Shown here piece after piece: positions 28,268 through 38,391 of a stretch of DNA of 64,000 nucleotides. The DNA comes from an uncultured Alphaproteobacteria bacterium (GTDB taxonomy: Bacteria > Pseudomonadota > Alphaproteobacteria > CAAHEQ01 > UBA3637). The notes under the pieces are model-generated. The model ran no database searches, was not told the origin of the DNA, and worked only from the letters and a program-made list of their open reading frames with translations. Position 1 is the first letter of the stretch; every line of letters begins with the position of its first letter. The stretch spans positions 521 through 64,520 of the forward strand of contig CALXXA010000028.1 of NCBI GenBank assembly GCA_944392585.1. The letters are read 5' to 3'. A program made the translations under genes and the position numbers.

Positions 28268-29371
28268 ATGCAAGTAACACTTATCATAATTATTATTGTT
28301 CTAATCGTGAATTTAATTCTATTATTTTACGTTATGACGCGCTTGAGCCGTACAGGGCAATTATCTTATGATTTAGAACGTTTGGAACGTCATAATAAAG
28401 AAGACTCAGGATTATTACGGCAAGAGTTAAATGCAAACTTATTAGGATTTAATGATTCTATTAGATTGGCTATTGAAACTCAATTGGATAAAATGAGAGC
28501 CACTGTAGATGAAAAACTTCAAACAACTTTGGAAAAACGTATCGGGGAATCTTTCTCTCAAGTGAGCGAACGATTGGAAAAAGTTCATCAGGGGTTAGGA
28601 GAAATGCAAAATCTGGCCTTAGGTGTCGGAGACTTAAAACGTGTCTTGACAAATGTTAAAAGCAGAGGCGTTTGGGGGGAAGTTCAGTTAGGGGCTTTAT
28701 TAGAGCAAATGTTGGCTCCGGATCAATTTATGAAAAATGTGAAAATTAAAGAAAATACAATGGAAGCCGTTGAATATTGTGTTTGTTTGCCAGATGGATT
28801 AATCCCTATCGACGCTAAGTTTCCTTATGAAGATTATGAACGGTTGATTGAAGCTGCTGATAAAGGAGACAACATATCAGCAGACCTTTATGCGGCGGAA
28901 CTTGAAAAAAGAATTAAATTAGAAGCAAAGCGAATCTCGGAAAAATATATTTACGTCCCGAAAACAACGGATTTCGCTATTATGTTTTTACCAACAGAAG
29001 GGCTTTATGCCGAGGTTATGCGACGTCCTGGTTTGTCTGCGGAAATACAACACAAATATAAAATCACAATTACTGGTCCAAGTACATTAGGTGCTTTCTT
29101 AACAAGTTTACAAATGGGCTTTAGGACTTTAGCTATTCAAAAAAGATCAAGTGAAGTATGGGAGGCTTTGGGAGAAGCTAAAAATGAGTTTGAAAAATAC
29201 GGTTCTTGGGTTGAAAAAGTAAAAAAGAATATCGAAGCCGCCGGGAAAACTCTAGATGAAGCAGGAACAAGAACAAGAGCTATTGAAAGAAAATTACGTG
29301 ATGTCAGCGAAAATGTCGTAGAGCAAAATTCCGATTTGAAAAAATTGGGAAAGTCTATGTCGTCTGATTAA
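28268..29371 (+). CDS. rmuC: DNA recombination protein RmuC
   Basis: 367 aa. N-terminal TM, coiled coil and C-terminal RmuC domain. Confidence 0.8.
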   Translation: MQVTLIIIIIVLIVNLILLFYVMTRLSRTGQLSYDLERLERHNKEDSGLLRQELNANLLGFNDSIRLAIETQLDKMRATVDEKLQTTLEKRIGESFSQVSERLEKVHQGLGEMQNLALGVGDLKRVLTNVKSRGVWGEVQLGALLEQMLAPDQFMKNVKIKENTMEAVEYCVCLPDGLIPIDAKFPYEDYERLIEAADKGDNISADLYAAELEKRIKLEAKRISEKYIYVPKTTDFAIMFLPTEGLYAEVMRRPGLSAEIQHKYKITITGPSTLGAFLTSLQMGFRTLAIQKRSSEVWEALGEAKNEFEKYGSWVEKVKKNIEAAGKTLDEAGTRTRAIERKLRDVSENVVEQNSDLKKLGKSMSSD

Positions 29372-29464
29372 AAAGAGATTTTTCTATTGCATTTTTTTGA
29401 ATAATCTTTTATTAAAGAAAAAAAAAGAGGAGTGTCTATTAATGCTTAAACTCATTTGTAAAAT

Positions 29465-29496
29465 AAAGGATTAAAAGAAGTCCTTTATTTTTTTAT
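29465..29496 (+). terminator. Rho-independent terminator after rmuC
   Basis: aaagga-N10-tccttt followed by atttttttat. Confidence 0.45.
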
Positions 29497-29525
29497 GTGG
29501 AGTTGTTAAATAACAGGAGATTCTT

Positions 29526-31166
29526 ATGACTAGATACGTGTTCATTTTAGGAGGCGTTGTTTCAAGCTTAGGGAAAGGAATTGCTTCGGCGGCTATTGGC
29601 TCATTGCTTCAAGCGCGAGGATATAAAGTCCGTATGCGGAAAATGGATCCTTATTTGAATATTGATCCGGGAACGATGAGCCCGTATCAACATGGAGAGG
29701 TCTTTGTTACAGAGGATGGCGCTGAAACAGATTTAGATCTAGGGCATTATGAGCGGTTTGTCGGCGTTTCTTGTCGTAAAACAGACAGCATTTCCGGAGG
29801 AAGAATCTATTATAATGTCTTGACGAAAGAAAGAAAAGGCGAATATCTTGGGGCGACTGTTCAAATGATCCCTCATGTGACAGATGAATTAAAGCTTTTT
29901 ATTAAATCAGATTTAAAAGAAGAGGATTTTGTCCTTTATGAAGTCGGAGGAACCGTCGGCGATATAGAAGGAACTTTGCTATTAGAGGCTATAAGACAGT
30001 TCTCAAATGAAGTCGGACGAGAAAATTGTTGCTTCGTTTATTTAACTCTTCTCCCGTATATTGAGACAGCAGGAGAATTGAAAACAAAACCAACGCAACA
30101 AGCCGTTAAAAAACTATTAGAGTCTGGAATCCAAGCAGATATTTTATTATGTCGCAGTAAAATGGATATCCCCGCAGAAGAGCGGCGTAAGTTAGGGTTG
30201 TTCTGTAATGTGTCTAAAGAAGATGTCGTCGCTGCTCTAGATGTGGATAATATCTATAAAATTCCCCTCTCTTACCACGAACAAGGCTTGGACACTCAAG
30301 TTTTAAAACATTTCGGGTTGTATGAAACAGCTCCGGAACCGGATTTAACAAAATGGCACGAGATTTTAAATGTGATGGGAAATTTCGAACATCATGTAAA
30401 TGTCGCAGTCGTCGGGAAATACTGTGGGTTGCCGGATGCTTATAAGTCTTTGAGAGAAGCTCTTGTTCATGCAGGAATCTCAAATAAAACAAAAGTCAAT
30501 ATGGATTGGATCGATAGTGAATCTTTGGAGGGAATGACAAATCAAAATGTGGCGAATCAGTTAAAGCCTTATCATGCTGTCTTAGTCCCCGGAGGTTTCG
30601 GTATCAGGGGAATTGAAGGAAAAATCAAGGCCATTACTTATGCAAGAGAAAATAATGTTCCTTTTTTCGGAATTTGCTTAGGAATGCAAATGGCTGTCAT
30701 TGAAGCTTGTCGGAATTTGTTAGGGATTTCAAACGCTCATTCAACAGAATTTACAAGTGATTGTACTCCCGTGATTACACGAATGAAGGTTTGGGAGAAA
30801 AATGGTCAAAAAATGATCCGACCGGAAGAGGGAGATATGGGAGGAACAATGCGATTGGGAGCTTATCCGGCTGTCTTGAAACAAAATTCTTTGGCAGAGA
30901 AAATTTATCAATCTTCGATTATTTATGAACGTCATCGGCATCGTTATGAAATGGATATATCTTATGAACAGAAGTTAGCGGAAAAGGGTTTTATTATTTC
31001 CGGAAAATCTCCTGACGGTCTTTTGCCGGAAGTCATTGAAATTCCAGCGCATCCTTTTTTCATTGCCGGACAGTTCCATCCAGAGTTTAAGTCAAAACCT
31101 TTTGCTTGCTCTCCTTTATTTAAGGCGTTTATTCAAGCTGCTATGAAACAAGCAGAGTTACTTTAA
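29526..31166 (+). CDS. pyrG: CTP synthase
   Basis: 546 aa. '[16 protein letters not shown]', plus the GATase Cys 'GICLGMQ'. Confidence 0.9.
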   Translation: MTRYVFILGGVVSSLGKGIASAAIGSLLQARGYKVRMRKMDPYLNIDPGTMSPYQHGEVFVTEDGAETDLDLGHYERFVGVSCRKTDSISGGRIYYNVLTKERKGEYLGATVQMIPHVTDELKLFIKSDLKEEDFVLYEVGGTVGDIEGTLLLEAIRQFSNEVGRENCCFVYLTLLPYIETAGELKTKPTQQAVKKLLESGIQADILLCRSKMDIPAEERRKLGLFCNVSKEDVVAALDVDNIYKIPLSYHEQGLDTQVLKHFGLYETAPEPDLTKWHEILNVMGNFEHHVNVAVVGKYCGLPDAYKSLREALVHAGISNKTKVNMDWIDSESLEGMTNQNVANQLKPYHAVLVPGGFGIRGIEGKIKAITYARENNVPFFGICLGMQMAVIEACRNLLGISNAHSTEFTSDCTPVITRMKVWEKNGQKMIRPEEGDMGGTMRLGAYPAVLKQNSLAEKIYQSSIIYERHRHRYEMDISYEQKLAEKGFIISGKSPDGLLPEVIEIPAHPFFIAGQFHPEFKSKPFACSPLFKAFIQAAMKQAELL

Positions 31167-31260
31167 AAAAGCGTGTTTGCTGCTCTTTGCTTATTTAACT
31201 TGATTCAATGTCCGTTTCTCTTTATATTGAACAAGAGTATTGTAAAAAAAGGGGGGCCTT

Positions 31261-32400
31261 ATGTTTAAAGTATCTCATTGGATTGCTGATGAAGAAGCTT
31301 TTATGACTAAATTATCTGCTTTTTGGGATTTTTTGCTTGTTGCAATAGTCATCTCTTTCGTGTCTTTTAACCAAGATATTGAATATGATGAAAATATGAA
31401 AAATATTCTTTTATTTTGCGGAACCTTGTCAATCTTTTACCTTTTATACCGTATGATTCGACGCTTTTCGGCGTTGTTAAACGAACCTTATCTTGATTTT
31501 GAAGGGCGGCAGCAACAAAAAAAACAATCTTTACCTTTACGGTATTTAATAAATTCTTTATTTGTTTTTTGTGCGTTTTTAATTCTGATTGACTTATTTA
31601 AAGTCAATTTCCAATTTATAAATCATTTGTCCAGAGGCTTTACCTTTGCCGGTCTTGTTATTTCTACGAGAACCCTTATCTTGGCAGGGTTTGTATTCTT
31701 ACTTGTTATGACTGTCACGCGTATCATTCAAAAAATAACTCTGGAGAAATTACAAGATTATGTCGAAATGGGAATTACCTTTAAGAATTCATTAATACGG
31801 AGCCAAGGATTTTTAGGATTAACTTTTGCATATTGCGGATTATTTGCTATGTTGGGGGCGAATATTCTACCATTTATTTTGTTGCTGGCCGCTTTGTTTA
31901 TAGGTTTGTGTTTCGGTCTGAAAGACACGATTCAAAACTTTGTCTCCGGAATGCAAATTCTTTGGACAAGATCTATTAAAATAGGAGATTGGATCGTTTT
32001 AGATGGGGCAGAAGGGTTTGTTAAGCGTATAACCTTATGCTCTACGGAGATAGAAACTTTAAATAAAGCATCCGTGATTTTTCCAAATATAGATATTACA
32101 ACAAAAAAAATAGTTAATTGGACTCATGAAGATTCCATAGGAAGAATAGATATAAAAATAACAATCCCTTTCGGTGTAAAAATGAAAAAAATTAGAGATA
32201 TTATGTTGAATGTAGCAAACAGCCATCCCAGTGTTTTAGAAGATCCTGCTCCGTCTGTCGTTGTCTCGGATATCCGACAGGACTATACAAGTGTTGAATT
32301 AAGATGTTTTATCCCGAATAAAGTTCAACGCTTTTCTATTGCGAATACTTTACGAGAAGAAATTTATGATGCTCTTGTAAAAGCCAAAATTAAGGCTTAG
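31261..32400 (+). CDS. MscS-family mechanosensitive channel protein
   Basis: 379 aa. Multiple TM helices and the MscS beta-domain. Confidence 0.7.
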   Translation: MFKVSHWIADEEAFMTKLSAFWDFLLVAIVISFVSFNQDIEYDENMKNILLFCGTLSIFYLLYRMIRRFSALLNEPYLDFEGRQQQKKQSLPLRYLINSLFVFCAFLILIDLFKVNFQFINHLSRGFTFAGLVISTRTLILAGFVFLLVMTVTRIIQKITLEKLQDYVEMGITFKNSLIRSQGFLGLTFAYCGLFAMLGANILPFILLLAALFIGLCFGLKDTIQNFVSGMQILWTRSIKIGDWIVLDGAEGFVKRITLCSTEIETLNKASVIFPNIDITTKKIVNWTHEDSIGRIDIKITIPFGVKMKKIRDIMLNVANSHPSVLEDPAPSVVVSDIRQDYTSVELRCFIPNKVQRFSIANTLREEIYDALVKAKIKA

Positions 32401-32698
32401 TTTTTTCTGAACATCTGAAAATAGCTGTGTTCGGGGTTAATAACGTGCAATTAAAATAGCGCGTTTCTATACGTTGTGCTGGCTTTTTTGTCTTGGAACA
32501 TGCTGCGTTAGCTAAGTTTTGTAATCCAATCTCATCACTGACTAATCCATTGTAGCAAACGGCTATCAAAGGGGGGCGGGATTGTCCGACAAGATGAGCA
32601 ACTCCAGCTTCTCTTCTGGAGTCTATGTACGGGCTGCAGCCGATTAATAAAAAAAGAGTGGGAATAAGTGAAAAAAAACATTTCATAATACTGGACAA
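32390..32698 (-). CDS. Putative small lipoprotein
   Basis: 102 aa. Signal peptide with lipobox 'LLIGC'. Overlaps the mscS stop by 11 bp. Confidence 0.35.
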   Translation of the reverse strand: MSSIMKCFFSLIPTLFLLIGCSPYIDSRREAGVAHLVGQSRPPLIAVCYNGLVSDEIGLQNLANAACSKTKKPAQRIETRYFNCTLLTPNTAIFRCSEKTKP

Positions 32699-32780
32699 CT
32701 CCTACTTATTTATGTCATGATGTAAAAACTTAAGTGTTTTTTATTTATACGATATATCAAAAATTTTTAAAAGAGGGGAA

Positions 32781-33794
32781 ATGGAAAAAAAATATAGACT
32801 TCTCACACGAGATGACTTTGATGGGTTGGTGTGTGCCATTCTGTTAAAAAAATTAGATTTGGTTGATGATATTGTGTTCGTTCATCCAAGAGACGTGCAA
32901 CATAACAGAGTCTCCGTCTCCGCAAGAGATATTTCTGCTAATCTGCCGTATGTCCCCGGTGTTTACATGGCGTTTGATCATCATCCTCCGGAAAATAAGC
33001 AGGCAATATCATATACAAATTTTGTTTGTTCCCCGAAGGCTCCTTCTACGGCACAGGTCATTTATGATTTCTTTAATATGGAAGAAAAGTTCCCGAACGT
33101 TTTTGATGAAATTCTTCACGCTCTTAATAAAGCAGATACAGCCGATTTTTCTCAGCAGGATATTTTGGACTCTCAAGGATGGGCTTTGTTTAACTTTATT
33201 TTAGATCCTAAAACAGGCTTTACTCGTTTCCATGATTTTCAAACACAACATGAAGATCTTGTACGTTTATTGATTAATTCTATTGAAGGGATGTCTATCA
33301 ACGATATTTTAAATATGCCGGATATACAAGAACGGGTAATGCTTTATAGAACATATCAAAATCATTTTAAGGATCAAATCGAAAGATGTGCAACCGTTTT
33401 CCAAAACTTAGTCGTCGTTGATTTACGTGATGAGGAAATTATTTATCCGGGGAATCGTTTTTTAGTATATGCTCTTTATCCAAATTGTAATTTGTCTTTA
33501 ATGATCGAAAAAGATGTTAAATCAGAACGAATTACATTTTCTCTTGGAAGATCTATTTTAAATAAATCGTCCAAAGTGAACGCAGGAGCAATAATGGCAC
33601 TGTACAACGGGGGAGGACATACAAAGGCAGGGACTTGTCAAAGCTCTATTTTTGATGTAGAAAAAGTAAAAATGGATCTAATCGCGGCTATTTTGATGGC
33701 CTCCAAAAAAACGGACAAGGGAGAGCAAATAAATGAATATTCACGAGTATCAAGCGAAAAAAATATTCAGCCAGTATGGAATTCCAATTCTTAA
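32781..33794 (+). CDS. DHH-family phosphoesterase (NrnA-like)
   Basis: 337 aa. DHH motif 'MAFDHHP' and N-terminal 'DFDGLVCAILL' (DxD). Confidence 0.65.
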   Translation: MEKKYRLLTRDDFDGLVCAILLKKLDLVDDIVFVHPRDVQHNRVSVSARDISANLPYVPGVYMAFDHHPPENKQAISYTNFVCSPKAPSTAQVIYDFFNMEEKFPNVFDEILHALNKADTADFSQQDILDSQGWALFNFILDPKTGFTRFHDFQTQHEDLVRLLINSIEGMSINDILNMPDIQERVMLYRTYQNHFKDQIERCATVFQNLVVVDLRDEEIIYPGNRFLVYALYPNCNLSLMIEKDVKSERITFSLGRSILNKSSKVNAGAIMALYNGGGHTKAGTCQSSIFDVEKVKMDLIAAILMASKKTDKGEQINEYSRVSSEKNIQPVWNSNS

Positions 33795-34911
33795 AGGATG
33801 TATTGCTTATACGTCTCAGGAAGCTTATCGCTGTACGGATAAAATTGGGGGAAACAAGTGGGTTGTTAAAGCTCAAATACACTCTAATGCCAGAGGAAAT
33901 GGAAGTTTTATCGAAGCTCAAGCCGGGACCGGAGGAGGTATCCGCTTCGTTTCTTCCGCAGAGGAAGCCGCTAAAGAAGTTGATAAAATGTTGGGGAGGA
34001 CTTTAGTAACTGTTTCTACCGGTTCGGGAGGGCAAGAAGTTAAAAAAGTTTATATAGAGGAATATGTGGATATTTCTTTGGCGTATGCTTTAAGCATCTA
34101 TATTGATTTTAGCGTGGAAAAAGTTTTTTTGTCTCTCTCGGAAGTCAAAGAGGGCGCTAAAGAATGCCGTCCTTCTTTAAATGAATTGGATATTAATAAA
34201 AAAATGACACTTCTTGGAGCTAAAAAATTTGTGAAAAAAATAAAAATTCCTCCAAAACATGTGACAATGGTTGCTGAGATTATACAGAAAATGTATGAAA
34301 TCTTTAAAACATATTCTGCTTTTAGAATCGAGATCAATCCATTGGTTATTACTTCCGAAAATAAATTGTTTGCTTTAGATGGGAAAATTACTTTTGATCC
34401 AGATTCCGTTGGAAAGTATAAAGAAATTACCTGTATGCGAGATGTGGAAGAGGAAACTCCGAGCCAAATTAAAGCTCGTTTAAATAATTTCAGGTATATC
34501 AAACTTAAAGGAAACATCGGATGTATTATTAATGGATCTGGACTTGGGATGGCTACGTTGGACTTAATTCATCTCTATGGCGGAAAACCGGCGTGTATTT
34601 TGGATTTAGGAGGAGAACCAACAAAAGAAACGGTGACAAATGCTTTTAAATCTATTTTATCAGAACCTGATGTAGAAGGTGTTTTGATTAATATCTTTGG
34701 AGGTTCTTCCAGATGCGACATTATAGCAGAGGGATTAATCGCGGCTTCTCGCGAAATTAGCATTGGAATGCCGTTGGTTGTTCGAATGGATGGAACAAAT
34801 GCTCAAATAGGATCTCGATTGTTGTTTGAATCAGGATTGCCTTTTACAGTTAAACAAAGTATGGATGAAGCAGTGCGTGTGATAATTCAATCTATTCAGG
34901 AGATTGTCTAA
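33733..34911 (+). CDS. sucC: Succinyl-CoA synthetase beta-subunit homolog (ATP-grasp), divergent
   Basis: 392 aa. 'MNIHEYQAKKIF' and 'GNIGCIINGSGLGMATLD' are conserved. The ATP-grasp loop 'HAGGRGKAGG' reads 'HSNARGNGS' with an insertion. Overlaps the upstream gene by 62 bp. Confidence 0.8.
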   Translation: MNIHEYQAKKIFSQYGIPILKGCIAYTSQEAYRCTDKIGGNKWVVKAQIHSNARGNGSFIEAQAGTGGGIRFVSSAEEAAKEVDKMLGRTLVTVSTGSGGQEVKKVYIEEYVDISLAYALSIYIDFSVEKVFLSLSEVKEGAKECRPSLNELDINKKMTLLGAKKFVKKIKIPPKHVTMVAEIIQKMYEIFKTYSAFRIEINPLVITSENKLFALDGKITFDPDSVGKYKEITCMRDVEEETPSQIKARLNNFRYIKLKGNIGCIINGSGLGMATLDLIHLYGGKPACILDLGGEPTKETVTNAFKSILSEPDVEGVLINIFGGSSRCDIIAEGLIAASREISIGMPLVVRMDGTNAQIGSRLLFESGLPFTVKQSMDEAVRVIIQSIQEIV

Positions 34912-35807
34912 TGAGTATATTAGGAGATGAAAAAACACGTGTTATTTGTCAGGGAATTTTAACGCCGGAAGGGTTGAAACATACAGAACAAGCGTTGGCC
35001 TATGGGACAAACATTGTCGGAGGTGTTGCCAAAGAGAAAAAAGGAGGACAAATTTTCGGTGTTCCTCTTTATCACTCTGTTAAAGAGGCGGTAAAAGAAC
35101 AAAATCCGGATGTTAGTGTGATTTATACAACTCCTTTACAAGCAGCAGAAGAGATTATGGATGCGATAAGGGCTCAAGTTCCTTTGATTGTCTGCACGAC
35201 TGAACGTGTCCCTGTACAAGATATATTGAAAATCAGGAGCGTTTTGAAAAATTCAAAAAGTCGCTTAATTGGACCGGCTTCTCAAGGAATTATTACGGCG
35301 GGGGCTTGTAAAATAGGAACGATGCCGGCTCATTTGTTCCAAAAAGGGAATGTCGGGATTATGTCTAGATCCAGCTCCGTAATGTATGAAGCTCTGCAAC
35401 AACTTCATAATAAAGGACTGGGAGTGACAACTTGCGTCGCTTTGGGAGCTTACCCTATATTAGGAACTTCTTTTAATGATATTTTAGATTTGTTCTTGAA
35501 AGATAAGCAAACAGAAGCTATTTTATTAATAGGAGAAATAGGGGGATCTTTTGAACAAGATTTAGCAGAGTATTATCTCCAAAAAACAAATAAGAAACCT
35601 TTAATAAGTTATGTGGTGGGGAGTTTCGTCCCTCTTAAAACGTATATGGGAAATATTGGAGCCATTGTCAGTAAAAAAACAGAAACAGCTTCTTTTAAAA
35701 AAGAAATATTGAAAAAATCAGGCTCTATTATTGTTGATTCTCCAGTTCAAATCGGAGATGCTGTCTTTAAGACTTTAATACAACAAACATCAAAGAGTAA
35801 AAAATGA
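34911..35807 (+). CDS. sucD: Succinyl-CoA synthetase alpha-subunit homolog lacking the catalytic His (GHAGA to GNIGA) and the GxTGxxG CoA motif
   Basis: 298 aa. Aligns along its full length to SucD. 'VICQGILTPEGLKH' replaces 'VICQGFTGSQGTFH', and 'YMGNIGAIV' replaces 'RMGHAGAII'. Confidence 0.75.
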   Translation: MSILGDEKTRVICQGILTPEGLKHTEQALAYGTNIVGGVAKEKKGGQIFGVPLYHSVKEAVKEQNPDVSVIYTTPLQAAEEIMDAIRAQVPLIVCTTERVPVQDILKIRSVLKNSKSRLIGPASQGIITAGACKIGTMPAHLFQKGNVGIMSRSSSVMYEALQQLHNKGLGVTTCVALGAYPILGTSFNDILDLFLKDKQTEAILLIGEIGGSFEQDLAEYYLQKTNKKPLISYVVGSFVPLKTYMGNIGAIVSKKTETASFKKEILKKSGSIIVDSPVQIGDAVFKTLIQQTSKSKK

Positions 35808-36358
35808 ATATAGAGTTAACAAATTTAATTTATACGCGAATCAGTCATGATTTATCAAATCCGGCAGGAGCTCTTTATAACGGAGTAGAGTTGTTGTCCG
35901 AAAATGTTTCGGATCTTCAGGAAATGACCATCCTTTTGCAAAATAGTGCAACGGTTCTAATGGCAAGGTTGAAATTTTTTAGACAGGCTTTCGGTCTTCA
36001 AAATGTAACTTCTGAGGACGCAACGCAAGATTATTTGGCTTCATTATCTTCTCCGGTCCGTTTGGTCGGCGTTTGTTTGGATCCGTTGTCAAAAGTTTGT
36101 GCTATGGTTCTGGCAGATTGTTTAATTCGAGGCGGAACCATCACTGTAAAAGAAAATGAAATTACTGCTTATGGCGATAATATAAAAAGCCTCCCGAATT
36201 TAAAGGAAATTTTAGAAAAAGGAGAAAATGTTTCTGTTCCCGCGTTGGCGCCGGCTTATTATGCATTCTATTTAGCAAAAAGACAAAATTTAAAACTTTC
36301 TTTTTCCTATGATGTTCAAAGAAATTTTATTTCTTTAAAAAAAGTTGTGTTTTCTTAA
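35804..36358 (+). CDS. chpT: ChpT-like histidine phosphotransferase
   Basis: 184 aa. 'RISHDLSNPAGALYNGVELL' is the ChpT/HPTransfase H-box-like motif. Confidence 0.55.
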   Translation: MNIELTNLIYTRISHDLSNPAGALYNGVELLSENVSDLQEMTILLQNSATVLMARLKFFRQAFGLQNVTSEDATQDYLASLSSPVRLVGVCLDPLSKVCAMVLADCLIRGGTITVKENEITAYGDNIKSLPNLKEILEKGENVSVPALAPAYYAFYLAKRQNLKLSFSYDVQRNFISLKKVVFS

Positions 36359-36385
36359 AAAATATGACATCCTATAAAATAAGGA

Positions 36386-36748
36386 ATGAAAATGAAAAAA
36401 GCTCTTATTATCGAAAAGGCGCCTCACATCGCTGCTATTACAAAAAAAATGCTCGAGGATTTAGGGTTTATCGGGGTTATTGTCAATAATAAAGATGATG
36501 TTCTCCCGACTTGTGAAACAGAACAACCGGATCTGGTTATAATGGGGTATTCCACCTGTCAAGAAAGTAGTGCCGTATTTATTCCTAAAATGAAAAAAAT
36601 TTGCCAGCCGCAGATTATCTTTTGCTCTTCAAACTCTGAACCCGATAAAATTAAAGAGGCTCTGGATAGCGGGGTGGATGAATATATTATGAAGCCTTTT
36701 GATCATGATATCTTACAAAGTAAAATTTCTATGGTCGGTTTGTTATAA
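36386..36748 (+). CDS. Single-domain response-regulator receiver lacking the phospho-acceptor Asp (pseudo-receiver)
   Basis: 120 aa. CheY-like fold with conserved K ('YIMKPF') and S/T. The acidic pocket DD reads EK, and the D57-equivalent position after β3 'DLVIM' is Gly. Confidence 0.55.
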   Translation: MKMKKALIIEKAPHIAAITKKMLEDLGFIGVIVNNKDDVLPTCETEQPDLVIMGYSTCQESSAVFIPKMKKICQPQIIFCSSNSEPDKIKEALDSGVDEYIMKPFDHDILQSKISMVGLL

Positions 36749-36760
36749 GAGGTCCCTAAT

Positions 36761-37642
36761 ATGATTCCGAATGATTTTTATTTTATCGCCCAAATCCTTA
36801 AAGAACGTTCCGGCTTTTCTTTAACCGCGGATCAAATATATTTATTGGAAAGTAGGTTGAGTCCGATTATTCGTCAGAATAATCTAATTAGTTTGGAGGA
36901 TTTAATTAATTCTTTGAAGCTTAACAATAAAGAATTAAAGGAAGCTGTTATCGAGGCCGTAAGTATTAATAATACGAGGTTCTTTAGAAATACATATGCT
37001 TTTCAGACTATTAAAGAGTTCTTGCAAGATCTTTTAAAGAAAGATGCACAAAAGAAAAATTTTAAGATCTTATCCGCTGGGTGTGCCAGTGGGCAAGAAC
37101 CTGTTTCTATCGCGATCTTATTAAAAGAAATGAATCTTCCAAAAGATATTCGAATAGATATTTTTGCGCTTGATATGTCGCATCATATTATAGATCGTGC
37201 TAAAAAAGGCATCTATACTCATTACGAAGTGCAAAAAGGACTTCCGATCAGATTTTTGCTGAAATATTTTACGCATTTGGAAGAAGCATGGCAGCTCCAT
37301 CCGGAGATTATGCAATTAATTCATTATCATGTTCATAACATTATGGATCTCTTTTATGAACAAAATTTTGATATAATATTGTGTAGAAACATGCTCTCTT
37401 ATATGACAGATGAGGCTCAGAAAAAAGCGGTACAGAATCTTCGAGAGATTCTATCTCCGGAAGGTTTGTTAATTGTCGGAGCTTCTGAAACACTGCATCA
37501 AATGGAAGGATTCGAAAAAGTTCCGGATCGTGTCGGATGTTATCAAATTAAACAGATTGATAAAAAATTGGAAACTGTCCCTAAAACAGCATGGACAATT
37601 ATTAAAAAACCTTTATTTAAACCGGCTGTCCCTAAGAAATAA
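36761..37642 (+). CDS. CheR-family SAM-dependent protein-glutamate methyltransferase, orphan
   Basis: 293 aa. 'ILSAGCASGQEPVSIAILL' matches the CheR SAM-binding motif. No other che genes are in the window. Confidence 0.7.
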   Translation: MIPNDFYFIAQILKERSGFSLTADQIYLLESRLSPIIRQNNLISLEDLINSLKLNNKELKEAVIEAVSINNTRFFRNTYAFQTIKEFLQDLLKKDAQKKNFKILSAGCASGQEPVSIAILLKEMNLPKDIRIDIFALDMSHHIIDRAKKGIYTHYEVQKGLPIRFLLKYFTHLEEAWQLHPEIMQLIHYHVHNIMDLFYEQNFDIILCRNMLSYMTDEAQKKAVQNLREILSPEGLLIVGASETLHQMEGFEKVPDRVGCYQIKQIDKKLETVPKTAWTIIKKPLFKPAVPKK

Positions 37643-37721
37643 ATATATTGAACTTTTGTTCAAATTAAAAATAAAAAGATTCTTCTCTTAAAGAAGAGCA
37701 TAGTATAATAAATTCGTGCGC

Positions 37722-38297
37722 TTATTTATGTAATTGATGATAAATTTCCTCTGCTTTGGGCAAAGCTTCTTCTACGGAATTGACAAAATAAACATAATTA
37801 ATTTTTTCTTGATTTAATGTTCCGTCGGTATACATGCGAGTTAATTGTTCTTTAAAACAATCCCAAAAACCGTAAAGATTAATAAAAATCAAAGGTTTTT
37901 TCTTTATCTCTCCCGTTTGAATTAAAACAGAAAATTCCGCAAGTTCGTCTAATGTTCCCCACCCGCCGGGGAGTATAAAAATAGCATCTCCTTCTTTAAA
38001 CATTTTGAATTTTCGTTCAGATAAAGTAGCGACGATTTCAATTTCTCCTTCTTTGAATAAACCTGGATTTTCACATTGAAGAGCTAATAATTTAGGTGTT
38101 GTTATACCGCGTATAGAACCGCATTCTCTCAAAGCTCCATGGAAAACTTCTCCCATCATCCCATTATCTCCTATGCCAAAAACAAGTTGTAAATCATTTT
38201 TGGCAATGATTTCTCCAAGCTTAAATGCTGCTTCATTATAGCGAGGATTAATGTTCTTTGCGGCGCCTCCAAAAACCGTTACTCGTTTGAATATCAT
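37722..38297 (-). CDS. LOG-family protein (TIGR00730, cytokinin riboside 5'-monophosphate phosphoribohydrolase-like)
   Basis: 191 aa. 'PGGWGTLDE' LOG motif and 'VFGGAA' N-terminus. Confidence 0.8.
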   Translation of the reverse strand: MIFKRVTVFGGAAKNINPRYNEAAFKLGEIIAKNDLQLVFGIGDNGMMGEVFHGALRECGSIRGITTPKLLALQCENPGLFKEGEIEIVATLSERKFKMFKEGDAIFILPGGWGTLDELAEFSVLIQTGEIKKKPLIFINLYGFWDCFKEQLTRMYTDGTLNQEKINYVYFVNSVEEALPKAEEIYHQLHK

Positions 38298-38391
38298 TTT
38301 TTCTCCTTTTTTATAAAGTATTGAATAAAACTCCTTAATCTTTTATTAAGATAAAAAAGATAAACTCTTTTTAAGAGAAGGGGCTGATTTT

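Noticed and set aside
37650-37721. Possible terminator in the cheR-LOG convergent spacer
   Set aside because: Only short, imperfect complementarity ('ctctt/aagag') and no convincing stem.
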